A DNA stretch of 63,959 nucleotides, filler included, from Dirinaria sp. TL-2023a (GCA_051941275.1; 3 parts of 3 records of this genome joined end to end with filler, not necessarily neighbours in it); one strand, 5' to 3'. Shown: positions 1 through 12,294, numbered from the whole stretch's first letter. The notes: generated by a model from the letters alone, not told the origin. Numbers and translations are program-made.

Positions 1-1
1 G

Positions 2-145
2 CACGATATCGACATTATGCCACGGATCGGAAGAGTGTTAATATTTCAACACAAGGGGCTTATGCACAGTGGTGCAGATGTGCTGGAGGGAGTCAAATAT
101 ACGTTGCGGACTGATTTGATGTTTAGGAAGGTTGAAGAGGAGTAA
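2..145 (+). CDS. 3' end of a 2OG-Fe(II) oxygenase (prolyl-4-hydroxylase-like), truncated by the window edge
   Basis: Frame 2 reads HDIDIMPRIGRVLIFQHKGLMHSGADVLEGVKYTLRTDLMFRKVEEE*. The P..G.VLIFQH...H.G..V..G.KY..RTD pattern carries the distal His and the 2OG-binding Lys/Arg. Confidence 0.85.
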   Translation, partial: HDIDIMPRIGRVLIFQHKGLMHSGADVLEGVKYTLRTDLMFRKVEEE

Positions 146-280
146 ACCGTCTATCTAATCATACATACATTATGTACATCCAGCCGTCCGCCTTCTAGAA
201 TACCTGAGCACCGTGGCTTATGCTTCTTAACCCCGAAATGCATTCATAGTATACATTCATGTTCGTTCCTAATGCCACTC

Positions 281-940
281 TCATGGATCGCATCTGCCAT
301 CCTTCCATCCCGTCCTCCACCGTTCCTGCCACCGTGCACAGTCAAATTCTTCTTTTCCCAGCTTCCGATTCACCTCATTGTGCGCTTCACACATCCAATT
401 TCCTAGTGCATTCCTTCCCTCCACCTTCGGTTCGTTCCCTCGGCGACTCATCCACTCCTGAAAATCCTCAGCGCAGACCCAGCACGGATAGATCTTCGAA
501 AACAAAGAGAGAAAAGACTTCATGTCAGACTGTTGCTGGGGGTTGGCAGAGTCTGGATAGGAAGCGCTGATGGTGTGTAGGAGAGTCCAGGTCTGGCGGC
601 CGAGGGAGTCGACGTCGGGGGGGCAGTCCGAGCTTAGTGAGGTGGTGGTCGAGGTGGCATTTGTGGACGGAGTCTCCGAGGTATTGGAAACGGATCTTTT
701 AGACATAGCGATCCAGTCTGCGGTGGAGGTACAGGAGCGGCAACTGCGGATTGTCAAGTCTCCAGTGGTCGAATATCGATTCCGTGAAACTCACGGTTTG
801 CCATCTTTACCCAGGACTACGCCTCTGGGCAATTTCTTTGGCGGAACCTCACCCTCGCTGGACCTCTCAGAAGCTTGCTTCGAGAGATTTTCATCGTCAT
901 TTGGCTTCTTCTTTACTTGTGTAGCGAAGAATTTATCCAT
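281..940 (-). CDS. ERV1: Mitochondrial FAD-linked sulfhydryl oxidase Erv1/ALR (2 exons: 940-795, 743-281)
   Basis: A GTGAG..CAG intron joins GKDGKP to CRSCTS (N-terminal shuttle CxxC). Also CPPDVDSLGRQTWTLLH, redox YPCWVCAEDF and WMCEAHNEVNRKLGK..FDC. Confidence 0.95.
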
Positions 941-1114
941 GGCGCAACAAGAAACAATATCTTTCTTTCGGGCTTTGTCCAGAAGACTCTCCGTTAGGCG
1001 AAACCTCGGGCCTCGGTCGCTAGCAGCCTCGCTTAGTTCCAAGCTTCAATGTTACTGAAATTGCGTCGCGCACCTCGACGACATGCTTCAGAAAATCTCT
1101 TGACCATATGCACC

Positions 1115-2461
1115 ATGTCCAAAAGTTCAGTGCTACCTATTGGCTCAAGATCGCCGTCGCCAGCAAGACATGGGAAGAAGCGCAAACGTAGTGACTCTAC
1201 AGCCAAGGAAATCGAAGTGGATATAAACGCACCGGAACCACCTTCAAAGAAAGCTCTGCGAAAAGCCAAGAGGGCGAAGACTGCTTCAGTGGCTACAAAG
1301 ACTAAGGAATCAGGTGGAACTTCTGCGTCGGTTGCCAATGAGCTGCCAGATGTGTCTCTAACAAAAGCTGCTGGAAAGGCCAAAAAGGGGCGTACCTCAC
1401 CACCCATCATCCGATGCAATGAATCTGAGGCCGCCGGACCTGCATCCAACTCCCGTTCGGAGAAATTACAATCCTTAAAACGTGCCGAGTTTGGGGTCTG
1501 GATCGGTAATCTTTCATGGACAGCTACCAAGGATGATGTGCGTAAATTTATTACTACGGATACTGGCATTACGCAGTCTCAAATCACGAGGATAAACATA
1601 CCTACACCGAAGAATTCGAAAGAGCCAGGCACCCGTAAAAACAAAGGTTTCGCCTACGTTGACCTAACTACAAAGGAAGCATTGGCGGAGGCTTTAAGCT
1701 TGAGCGAGGCGCTGATGGGTGGGCGGCGTTTGCTGATCAAGGATGCAAAAAGCTTCGAAGGGCGACCGGAAAAAAACAAGGAAGAAGCAACGCCAGCGGT
1801 TCCATCGGGAAAACCACCCAGCAAGCGCATTTTTGTTGGTAATTTGGGCTTTGATACAACCAAAGAAGACCTCCAGGATCATTTCTTACAGTGCGGTGAG
1901 GTTCTCGATTTACATATTGCTACCTTTGAGGACTCAGGCAAATGCAAAGGCTATGCATGGGTAGACTTTGATACAATTGAAGCCGGTCATGCTGCAGTAC
2001 GTGGCTGGGTAAACATCGAGCAAAAGCCTGAAGATAATGACGAAATGGAAAGCAGCGGGGAGCAAGATGGCGTAGACTTAAGTGTCAAAAACAAGAAGAA
2101 GCGGAAAACAAGGAAATGGTGGGTCAACAAGCTTCACGGGCGTCCGTTGAGAATGGAGTTTGCAGAGTATAAAGCGGCCAGGTACAAGAAGCGCTTTGGC
2201 AAGAACACTTCATTACAAACAAAAACCATAGATGACCCTCATACGGAGAATTCGGTCGGCGACACTGCTATAACAGACACTCCCGCAGTAGTAATGAATG
2301 CTACCAATACTAGAAGATCAGAGGAGGAGGATGTTTCGCCACGACATCCTAAAAAGCGGTTCGACGCGCGCACAGTCAGATCAGTCGCTGCCCTGGCCGC
2401 TGCACCGCGGCTGGAGGGGAGCATCATTGCCGGTCAGGGCAAGAAAACCGTTCTGGCATAA
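1115..2461 (+). CDS. Nucleolar two-RRM RNA-binding protein (Nop13/Rnp24-like)
   Basis: Single-exon ORF with RRM1 VWIGNLSW/KGFAYVD, RRM2 IFVGNLGF/KGYAWVDF, a Lys-rich N-terminus and a C-terminal G.IIAGQGKKTV. First ATG is at 1115. Confidence 0.88.
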   Translation: MSKSSVLPIGSRSPSPARHGKKRKRSDSTAKEIEVDINAPEPPSKKALRKAKRAKTASVATKTKESGGTSASVANELPDVSLTKAAGKAKKGRTSPPIIRCNESEAAGPASNSRSEKLQSLKRAEFGVWIGNLSWTATKDDVRKFITTDTGITQSQITRINIPTPKNSKEPGTRKNKGFAYVDLTTKEALAEALSLSEALMGGRRLLIKDAKSFEGRPEKNKEEATPAVPSGKPPSKRIFVGNLGFDTTKEDLQDHFLQCGEVLDLHIATFEDSGKCKGYAWVDFDTIEAGHAAVRGWVNIEQKPEDNDEMESSGEQDGVDLSVKNKKKRKTRKWWVNKLHGRPLRMEFAEYKAARYKKRFGKNTSLQTKTIDDPHTENSVGDTAITDTPAVVMNATNTRRSEEEDVSPRHPKKRFDARTVRSVAALAAAPRLEGSIIAGQGKKTVLA

Positions 2462-3569
2462 CACTGTTCTTTCACCGTCCAAGGGGATCTTTGCCCCAAC
2501 ATTCGCTTCTTGCCTGCTCCTTCGCGATACGCGATATAGGAAACAGAAAGCCGATAGCCTCCCATAGAAACCTCGCTGGAGCCACGCAGATCCTAGAATT
2601 GCAGCAATCAATGGTTCATATTGGGACAAAGCTTGTTTTAGGAACATTGCGATCTCCAAAAATAAGAACCAAGAACCGTTTCGAGAAAAGAATATGCGCA
2701 GATTGGCAAAAAACAAAATACAAGATTAACATGGACCATACTCGAAGATGAGACAACATGTACGCCTAGATTAAGGTATCGAGGGTATCTACTAGGTCTG
2801 TCCACGTGACTCTCCTGACTCGGGATGATTAATAAGTCAGCGGCATTTGGACCGGCAAACGAGTCAAGGGCTAGAATCCCCACCTCGAACCCCGCTTCTC
2901 GCAAGAGTTTGAGGAGGCATACTACCTCAAAATAGCTACTCTGTATACCTACTTCTATACTATCAAAAGCGGCGGCTCTCCTCCCTTGCGGCCGCAGGAA
3001 CAACTTGAACGGGAGAACGGCTCATGCTACGACGATGATCAGTCTCGATTTGTGGACGGCTCCCTGTTTTGAGCGGGAGAGATACTGTGCCGTGCCTGCA
3101 TCTCCGCTTCTCAGATAGCACCATCTTCAATTCGTCATTGTGCAGCGAATCGCGGCGGACCCACACTCTAACAAAACGAGTGAGCAAGATCCCAGAAACC
3201 ACTCGCAACATTACTTAGAATATTAGACGCAGCGCCGGTGATTCCATTCTGCTGTCGTCATTCATCGCGCACGAGAGCCATATGGTTCAGATCGTTAAGT
3301 CTGCTACGGGTCTATTGCGAGTCATATTCCAAACATTTAGTGCCAAACCCTAGCTTTATCTGACCAACGATTACTGCCGACGATTTTCTACTTCGGAACG
3401 TTCAATTTCCATTTCTGTCTGCTGTGTCTAATCTATCTTTGTATGCAACTTCTCTTTCGAGCTTTTCCGTATTATTCGAAAGTAGAGCCTCCCTACTGAA
3501 GTGAGTCCTACTTAAGTAGGCACATTTTGCCCGTAAGCTTCCATTGCTACAGTTGAATGAGACGACAAC

Positions 3570-5881
3570 ATGTTCGGCAATATGCGATATCTAGGCTTAA
3601 AAGGCCTCAAACTCAACATTGCTATTGGCTTCATTGCTGGTCTGGACTTCCTGTACGTTGTAATCTTACCATTCAGGTCATTATACGCGTATTCTCATAA
3701 TGTGAAGGCTGTTCGGATATGACCAGGGCGTAATGGGTGGACTGCTGGACTTGCCTAGTTTTGTACGAATTGGCCATGAAATCTTCCTTACTCAATCTCC
3801 GCGTTGAAGCTGACATGGACTCCCAGGTCAAGCAATTTCCTCAGATTGATCTCACAGAAGGCGGAGAGGTGGGCCTCAATGCTTCTCAGAAACTACACAA
3901 ATCCGTGATACAGGGTTCGTCAGTCCGACACGAGTACTGTTTCGAGATTTGCATCTTCTCATGCCTTTGCAGGAATCTCAGTTGGTGCTTATAACGTTGG
4001 TTGCTTCTGCGGAGCCATCACTACGATATGGATAGGAAACATGCTAGGTCGCCGAAGGACTATCTTCCTTGGCTCCTCAGTCATGGTCATTGGTGCCACT
4101 TTGCAATGCTCTTCTTTTGGTCTGCCTCAATTCATTGTGGGCAGGATCGTCACCGGGTAAGCTCTATAGCCTTCGAATCCTCGTCGTTTTCGTCCGGTTT
4201 GCAGCGCCTTGTGGATTCTAAACTTTACATCATACATGTAGCTGATTCACGATGTCCGTAGATTTGGGAACGGCTTAAATACCTCTACCGTACCAACGTG
4301 GCAAAGTGAGTGCAGTAAGTCGCATAGACGGGGCCAGCTAGTCATGGTCGAGGCAAGCAAGTCTGCTCTTTTTGGCTTAGAGAAGATTCTGATAGGTATT
4401 AGGGCGCTCTTATAACTGGGGGCATCATGATCAGCTACTGGCTCGACTTTGGCTTTAGCTTCCTTGACCCGAACCCTGTGGCCTGGAGGTTTCCGATCGC
4501 ATTTCAAATCTTTTTCGCTTTGGTCATACTCCTGTTCATCCTAGAGCTTCCTGAATCACCACGATGGCTCGTACTCAAAGGCAAGTTACTGCCGTGGTAT
4601 CCAAAGAAACCTCCTTTGACCATGCTTGCAACAGGCAAAGAGGACGAAGCAGTGAATGTGTTAGCAGCCTTGAGCGATCTACCCCCGGATGATCCATACA
4701 TCAATTCCGAGTTTACGGCCATCAAGGACACTGTTCTAGAAATGTCGAAGGGAAGTTTCAGTGATTTATTCACCATGACCGAAGACCGCCATTTGCATAG
4801 AACAGTAAGCAACTTTCCTGAGTGATGCTCGCCTTTAGACGAAAGCTCACTTTCGGTGTCAGGTTCTCGCATATGTCAACCAGATGTTCCAACAAATCAG
4901 TGGTATAAATCTGATCACGTATTACGCCGCAACTATCTATCAGAACGAAATTGGTCTAAGTGGCTTCACTTCGCGCATCCTAGCAGCAGCGAACGGTACA
5001 GAGTACTTCCTGGCATCCTGGATCGCTGTTTTCACGATCGAAAAATTTGGAAGACGTCAGTTGATGCTTTTCGGCGCTGCCGGCCAGAGCTTTTCCATGA
5101 TCATATTGGCTATAATGGACTCGATTGGCGGAAAAGGTCCGGGCATCGTCGCTGCACTTTTCCTCTTCATTTTCAACTCCTTCTTCGCTGTTGGCTGGTT
5201 AGGGATGACATGGCTTTACCCAGCCGAGATCGTACCTCTTCGGATCAGGGCACCTGCAAACGCTTTATCGACGTCTGCCAATTGGGCTTTCAATTTCATG
5301 GTTGTCATGGTTACCCCCGTGGCTTTTACCTCTATCGGATACAAAACGTACATCATCTTTGCTGTCATGTAAGCCTCGATCACCAGGCCGTACTACATTT
5401 TAGCCGTGAAGAGATTGCTAACTCTGCTACCATAGAAATGCCTTCATGGTTCCCTCAGTCTATGTACAAAGCTTGCACTACTAAGACTCTTTAAGCTCGC
5501 AAGCAGCTAATCTTTCCACAGTTCTTCTTCCCCGAAACAGCCTACCGCTCCCTCGAAGAAGTAAGAACTCTTGTCACCTCGTTCCCTCTTGTGTGTCTTG
5601 TTGTCAGCTTCGCTCACCTGCTACAGATGGATAGCATATTCCATAAAACGCACGGGGCTGCCGGCTGGATGAACGTCGTCAAAGTCGCACGCGACGAGCC
5701 TCACCGTTACGACAAAGATGGGCGAATGATTATCGCTTACGACGAGACCGATGAGCACGCACAACGTCAAGCAAGTGTCGTTTCTGAGACGGACATGTCA
5801 AGGGCAGCGAAGGTGGCGGCTGCAAACAGGCCCAGCTCCGACGACGACGCCGAGAAGGGCATTCGGAAGGAGGTGGAGTAG
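3570..5881 (+). CDS. MFS sugar porter (STL1-like sugar/polyol:H+ symporter), about 11 exons
   Basis: Spliced motifs LFGYDQGVMG, GRRRT, VPTWQSE, WRFPIAFQ, PESPRWL, QQISGINLITYY, WLYPAEIVPLRIRA and FFPETAYRSLEEMD. Confidence 0.92.
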
Positions 5882-6350
5882 ATAGTGAGAGAATTAGTGA
5901 GGGGGCAAGGGAAGATGAGGGACTGTCAACTGCGAGGTGCGTGTCATTGGATCAGGCGACCCATACTTGGATAAGGTATTTAGACGAAACTACTCGTTGA
6001 GGCTGCGCTGCCCCGGATAGATTGTTTTTGCGAGGTTGCACGGGTACGAGCACTTGAGCACTGTTCTATCCATAGTATTGAAATCACAGATGTCTCACAA
6101 TCTCTCGAAAGGAGGAAAATGTGTACACACGTGTCGGCTCGTAACAACCTAAGCCCACGTTGTTCCCAAAAGAAATTCGCCTCCTTTATCCACATTTAAT
6201 ACCACCAAGCACCGAGGGAAAAACCACCGATTATTCGTCTCGTGTTCTCATCTCTATGTCACGTAGTCTAAATCATCGCAATTGATATGCCCAGTAATAC
6301 TCGTATCCCCTTCGGACCAAGACCAGCCATGTTCCAGGCTGACTGGTCTG

Positions 6351-6380
6351 AGGATGCCCAGTTTAGGATGCCCAGTTTAG
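6351..6380. repeat. Perfect 14-bp tandem duplication (AGGATGCCCAGTTT)x2
   Basis: Read directly: aggatgcccagtttaggatgcccagtttag. Confidence 0.9.
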
Positions 6381-7280
6381 TAACTTTCACGAATCTCGAG
6401 TTTACCACGTAAGCAGATGGCAGGGTCTCCTGCGATTTGGCTTGGGAGGAGGATCAGTTACTCGCGAGCGCGATTTGAATGCATGATTTCATGAAGCTTA
6501 TGAGCATGGAGGGGCAGCCGCGCTTATCTGATGAGGGTGGTTGTTGGAACGCATTGACGGTACTTCCATGCTCCACGCTTTCGCACGGACTCAAGCGGGT
6601 AAAGAAGAATGGGGTCATCACAGCAAGCGGCGACGCAATCTTCTGGGAGGTGTTTGGAGAATAACAGTAATTGTCTGGATCTCGTGCGTGGGATGATGCT
6701 GACTCTGCTGGTCTTTGCACTCGTCTACCATGTGGAGGGGGGGGTAGTAATGGTGGGTCGTACAGCACTTCTCGTAGCTCCAAGTCCGAGCAGGGAAATT
6801 AAAGCGTGGCCGAGGTGATCGCTTTGGATAATAACTTCCGAAGTCCCAAAGTCCCAACGAGCTGACGAAACGTGAAACAGGGGAAAAGTATTAGAATCGT
6901 CCAGGGGCAGAGGCTGTTTGATTGGATGCGGCAGGCCTGAACCTTCAGCTTTTGACTGTATCGGGTCTAGAAGGCCGCAACGTCCCCTCGGTCGAGAGCC
7001 TAGAGGACACGCTCATTGTTGATTAGCATTGCTGAACCTCGTCGTCTTTAGTTCCGATACTCCACGGGTATTGGCCTGGTGGCCTTGGTCATTCTTTTGT
7101 TCCTCTCTTTTACCTTCATTATTCAACGCTCATGATTGAATGAAAATCGTGGATATGGAATCCGACCATCTCTTCATTCTTTCACATGCTGTCGCTACCG
7201 AGTTGCTTCGCCCATGAACCATGCAGTAGTACGCACAGCCTCAAGGGAACCATTGCGTAACTGCGAACTTTCCATGCAAC

Positions 7281-9737
7281 ATGCCGTCAAGTTGGACGAA
7301 AGCCATCCTCAGCACCATTCACTTTGCTTTCCTGGTCTGCGCTCAAGGTGGTACGTTGGCTAAAAGGACTGCTGCTGCTGCTGCTACTGCTGCGCCAACA
7401 CCTATATCATTTCCGCCAGCACAAAATTGGTACGTGCAGTGAATTGTCACCGAGCCGCCTTCCCAGTTGACTCATGCTCGCAGGGACGGTCCTGATGGTC
7501 CTTGGTCTTCCTTCACTCTGCGTGTAGGCAAACCAGCCCAAGATGTCCGAGTTCTTATCTCGTCCGCTAGCCAGGCGACGTGGGTGGTCCTACCTGACGG
7601 CTGCAAGGCAAACGATAGTGGGTGCCGAGCCGATCGCGGAGAAGTATACAACCATAACCAATCGTCTACCTGGTCGAAAATCGGCTTGTACGAATTATAC
7701 AACGAGAGAAATCTCGACATGAATGGTAATGGGCTATGGGGAAACGACACCATAGGTCTCGGTATACAAGGTAGTGGTGGCCCGACCCTGGACGACCAAG
7801 TCCTCGCAGGCATTGTGACGAACAACTTCTATCTTGGAATGTTCGGCGTGAACCCCAAACCCACCAACTACACCGGTATAGAGACAGATCAGCAGGACAG
7901 CTACATGACCACCTTGAAGAAACGTAACATGATACCCAGTGTCAGCTTTGGATACACCGCTGGCGCTCAGTATCGTCTGAAGAAAGTCCTAGGAAGCTTG
8001 ACTTTGGGTGGCTATGATCAGTCTCGGTTTACTCCAAACCCGCTGTCGATCTCTTTTGCACCAGACAATGATCGAGATCTAGTCGCCGGTGTACAGTCGA
8101 TCAAGACAATCAGCGAAAATGGTGTCAGCAGCACCCTACTATCCGAAGGCATCTTGGCCTACGTCGACTCTACGATTCCGTACATTTGGCTGCCTTTAGA
8201 CGCTTGCATACAGTTCGAGAAGGCCTTTGGATTAACATGGGACGACAAAAGCGAACTCTATCTCGTGAATGATACATTGCATGAGAAGCTGGTCGCTCAA
8301 AATGCATCAATATCTTTTACGATTGGTAATGGTGTCAGCCAAGGCCAAACTGTTGACATAACCCTACCATATGCCAGCTTTGATCTAGTGGCAGAATATC
8401 CGCTTGTTGAGAATCGCACGAGTTATTTCCCATTGAAAAGGGCCGCCAACCAAACGCAATATACGCTTGGACGGACCTTTCTTCAAGAAGCGTGAGTCTT
8501 TTCCCACGGGTATGGCTCATGCCCTCTGCTAATTACCCAATGCAGCTACCTTATTGTGGACTACGAACGTAGTAATTTCTCAATATCACAGTGTCTTTTC
8601 CAGGAAGGTACGCAACAAAAACTGGTTGGCATACCCTCGGTGAATACTACAACCGCGGGAACTGCCGCCAAACCAGCGAAATCCTCTAGCCACACCATCA
8701 TTATTGTCATTGTCGTCGCAATAGTTGCGTTCGTATTACTCGTCGTTGGCGCCGTTTTGTTATACTTCTGGATCAGAAGAAGAAACAGGAAGCGCAGGGA
8801 AATAGAAGAACAGGAGGCGGCAGCCCGAGAGGCCGAAGAAAAAGCCGAGAGGATACGTTTAGGCTTCGACAAGGCCGAAATGGGCACTTCAGCGGATCAT
8901 GCGCTGTACGAGATGGCTGGGTCCGCACTCAGTGATCTTCGGGTCGAGGCAGGAGGTCGGCCGTACCCAGATTGGGTTAAAGAAAAATCTACTCGCGCAG
9001 ATATGGCTGGCATGCATGAACTCACAGGCGGCCATGGCAGTTTCGCAGAGCTGGGAGATCAAAAACGATTAGCACATGAAATGTACGACCCATCAGCAGC
9101 ACCCGTGGAGCTTCCAGCAGATGTGCCTAAAGAACTGCCTGGGTCGATACCTAGTCGACGATTTCCCAGAGGTTCCAGATCCACTCATTCCTTCTACTCC
9201 GCTCGCCAGACACCTCAAGAGCGTTCAACTCCGACATCACCCATCAGCAGTCAATCCGCAGGGCAAGCGTCAGCACGCCCCTCAGCCCCCAATTCACCTG
9301 TCAGTAGTCCATCAGCAGGACACACGTCCCCATATAACTCCAGCCCAACCTCACCTCGTCCTTATCCCACGGCTTCGCCAGTAGACCGCAGGATGGGACG
9401 CACTCCGCAATCCCGATCCTCAACCCTTAACTCCAACCCTTTTGCTTCTCCATTTCAGTCAGGGCCTTCCTCTCCAACAGACAGGTCGACGGCTTCTTCA
9501 CCTCGATCCGGCGGTGTTCTCAGTCCGATATCGCCGATAGGTGACAGCGAAAATGAAGGAAGGTATCCCGTCGAACAAAGGCCACTCGTGGCGATGTTGC
9601 GGGGTTTGTCACAACCCACTCCATCCCCCAGCGGATCCCCCACAAGGATGCAGCATGGGACTCAGTCCGATACAGTATCGCACCTCGCCTCGCAAAGAGT
9701 AGATCGTGAGCGCCGAAGACAACGGAACGAATTTTGA
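7281..9737 (+). CDS. Type-I membrane pepsin-like (A1) aspartic protease homologue, probably non-catalytic; 3 exons
   Basis: Signal peptide MPSSWTKAILSTIHFAFLVCA, then WDGPDGPWSSF, GSLTLGGYD, YTLGRTFLQEAYLIVDYE, a TM segment IIIVIVVAIVAFVLLVVGAVLLYFWI-RRRNRKRR, and a Ser/Pro-rich tail. Introns are about 7430-7483 and 8492-8545. Confidence 0.88.
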
Positions 9738-10930
9738 ACGGGTTTTTTACGATACAGCATCAGCAGCGGAGTTGTGGGGCGGGCTTATCTTGGGTAATTT
9801 TCAATGCTCACGCTAGGTGTACATGACGGCGCAACCGATGATATCCCTGGGAAACGGTCTTGGAGTTCTCCGGATACAGCCACTGAGTTGGTGGGCGATG
9901 ATTTCATTTTGGGAGGTGGCACGCCGCTGAAGGCAATCCAATACATTATTATATTTCTAGTATATATATTCCTTCCTCACGAAATATTTCAATAGGTTTT
10001 GCTATTGCTTCTACTTCTCCATCCCCTGTACTAGATGTCCCCGTCTGTTTGGGCCTCAACAAGAACTCCCACGAGCTTCGGAATTTCGGGGCTGGACCTT
10101 TTCCCACATGGGCATTGTTTATGCAACATTAATTCAAAGGCTGCAAGCTCTGCTGATTTCCTGTAAGCCACGCTTTGGTGCTTCCTGCTACCTATAAGGA
10201 GGGCAGATACTTTACAGGTCTGCGATGTCGACGAACGGCGGAGCAGGGTGCAGGAGCAACGGGAGGGCACGGTGGCTGCCTTTTTTTTTAGCAGAGAGCA
10301 GATGTCAATGAGGCTTTGGGTTGTGGCCGGTAGGGGCAAGCACATGGTCGCCTTCGAGCGGGCAGCACACACTACTACTGCAGAAGGAACGGTGATGCCG
10401 GTTTGCTTTCCCTACCTACCTTTACCTAAGGCCGGTCCCAACCAAAGGTGAGGTGACACATTACGAAAGCGTGCTGTTGTTGGGGCCGCAAAGCAGGCAG
10501 TGATCCACGGGAATTGGGTAGTACGAACAGACCGCAGCCAGGTTTGTAATTCCAACCAGATCACTGGGTATGCTTGAGGCACAGCACCAAAAAACTGCCG
10601 ACCACAATCAAGTAAGTAATGGGAATACCTTGGGCTACCAACCATGGCCAAAAAGTAGGACCGAAAGTAAAAGTAAGGAAAGCGGGCACGGGCTCCCCAT
10701 ATCTAAAGTAGGTACTTATATCACACTTACATTATCAACCACGGAAGACCTGTACTTTACTTTTACTTTTACTTACCCTACGATGCTGTTCGGTGGTTTC
10801 GGTGCTTCCCAAGTGGGGAGTCCAAGCCTCAGCCGATGCAGCAGATTTCGTGCGACTGAAAGATCAACGTCGAGCACAGTCCAAGGCTCAAGCCCCGATC
10901 ATGCAGCGACCTGCAGCCGACAACGTGGTC

Positions 10931-11718
10931 GATGCAGGGTAAGAGGGCAACTGGGCAAGTAAGGTAAGGTACATACCGTACATTACCTTGGGGAGTAAGA
11001 TTAATGTTCATGCAAAAGGGGGTCCGCTTTTTCTCTTGCAACAATTGCTGCGTCCAGCGACTCCAGCGTCCACAGCTCCCGAGATGTCCGCTCATCGATG
11101 CAAGCACCTCCAATCGTCCACCACCTGCGCCACGAGAAAACGTGCAGACGGTCTGCTGACCCTCCAGAAGGACCAGAACTCCCTGCAAGCTGAACCCCGC
11201 ACCCGATGCAGGTACGAGGGTGCCATGTGTCCAGTCTAACACCCGGGTTTTATTCTTCTGGCTGAGCGTATCGCTGCCGATACTCATGTTGTTCTGCTGC
11301 TGCTGCTCCTGCTGCTGCCCTTCGGTACTGAACTGTTTATGTTGCGCTCAGATTTGATGATCGTCAATATCGCTGAGCCAAATACTGTCTCAGCTTCATG
11401 ATTGATGAGGTATAGCTGCATCGAGATGAAACTCGGGCACACATGATCCGGGTACGAGGCAAACAAGAAGCCTCTTCTCGATAAGTAAGGTAGCCTTTCC
11501 GGGGAAGTCACTGTGCGCGGCAGAAGTAATCCTGTGCAGCTCATGGAATAATAATGAGACTTCCTTTCATGGTCACTACTATCGAATAAATAAATTTACA
11601 GTTGTTGCTTTCTCTGCTCAGCCATGCTTTATTACCTAACGCCCAGAGCTCTTCATCGTTTTCCAATGTCATGCTGGCAACGTACTGTACCTAGCGGGGC
11701 ACAGATGCTGGTACGAGG
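10931..11718 (+). repeat. Dispersed repeated motif GATSCNGGTACGAGG (3 good copies plus 1 variant)
   Basis: 11205 gatgcaggtacgagg; 11445 gatccgggtacgagg; 11704 gatgctggtacgagg; variant at 10931 gatgcagggtaagagg. Confidence 0.75.
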
Positions 11719-12258
11719 TTTGCTTAGCGTACGGCCGTACCCATACCCAGACCTTTAGCCTGCTGTCGGTCTCTTCAAGTGTAAGGTAATTGGAAACCTT
11801 AACCACTTGTACATGTATTCCCAGGCATATTCCCATTATCCTCTAATGAGCGTATCATCGTGCGGATCATGATCTCTTATCTTGTTTCTCTTTCAGAGGC
11901 TGTTTCGCTGTTGGGGAGGGTGACCTACTGCACGTGGGTAAGCGGGTGCAAATTTGCTTCCAGGATGGATCATGGCTGCGGGGTGGAGGCACGGAAGGAT
12001 TCGAAAGGACATTTTGCGCACATGGTTCCTTAGAAGGATGCAATCGCAGGTACACCCGAAGATCTACGGGAGGGAATCATGCAGTCCTAGAAGTCTGGGC
12101 TGCTTACGCTGCCACCTGCCATGCGGTTCCAACACCATTGATAGTCAGGGGTACTACCTGTTTCCAATGAGTACCTTACCTTACCTTTACCTTACTGTAT
12201 CGCAGAGGATCAAACAATGAAACCCCCCTTTCCCCCCACAAACACATTTGTCAACCGA

Positions 12259-12294
12259 ATCATCATCATCATAATCATCATCAACCATCATCAT
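12259..12294. repeat. Imperfect (ATC)n microsatellite
   Basis: atcatcatcatcataatcatcatcaaccatcatcat. Confidence 0.8.

Noticed and set aside
2638..3211. Minus-strand ORFs including the protein-like LLREAGFEVG
   Set aside because: The ORF with that motif has no ATG start, there is no coherent splice model or further family motif, and it sits in the transporter upstream region.
10931..11718. CRISPR-like reading of the spaced repeats
   Set aside because: The context is eukaryotic, the repeats are only ~15 nt and degenerate, the spacers are ~250 nt, and there are no cas genes.
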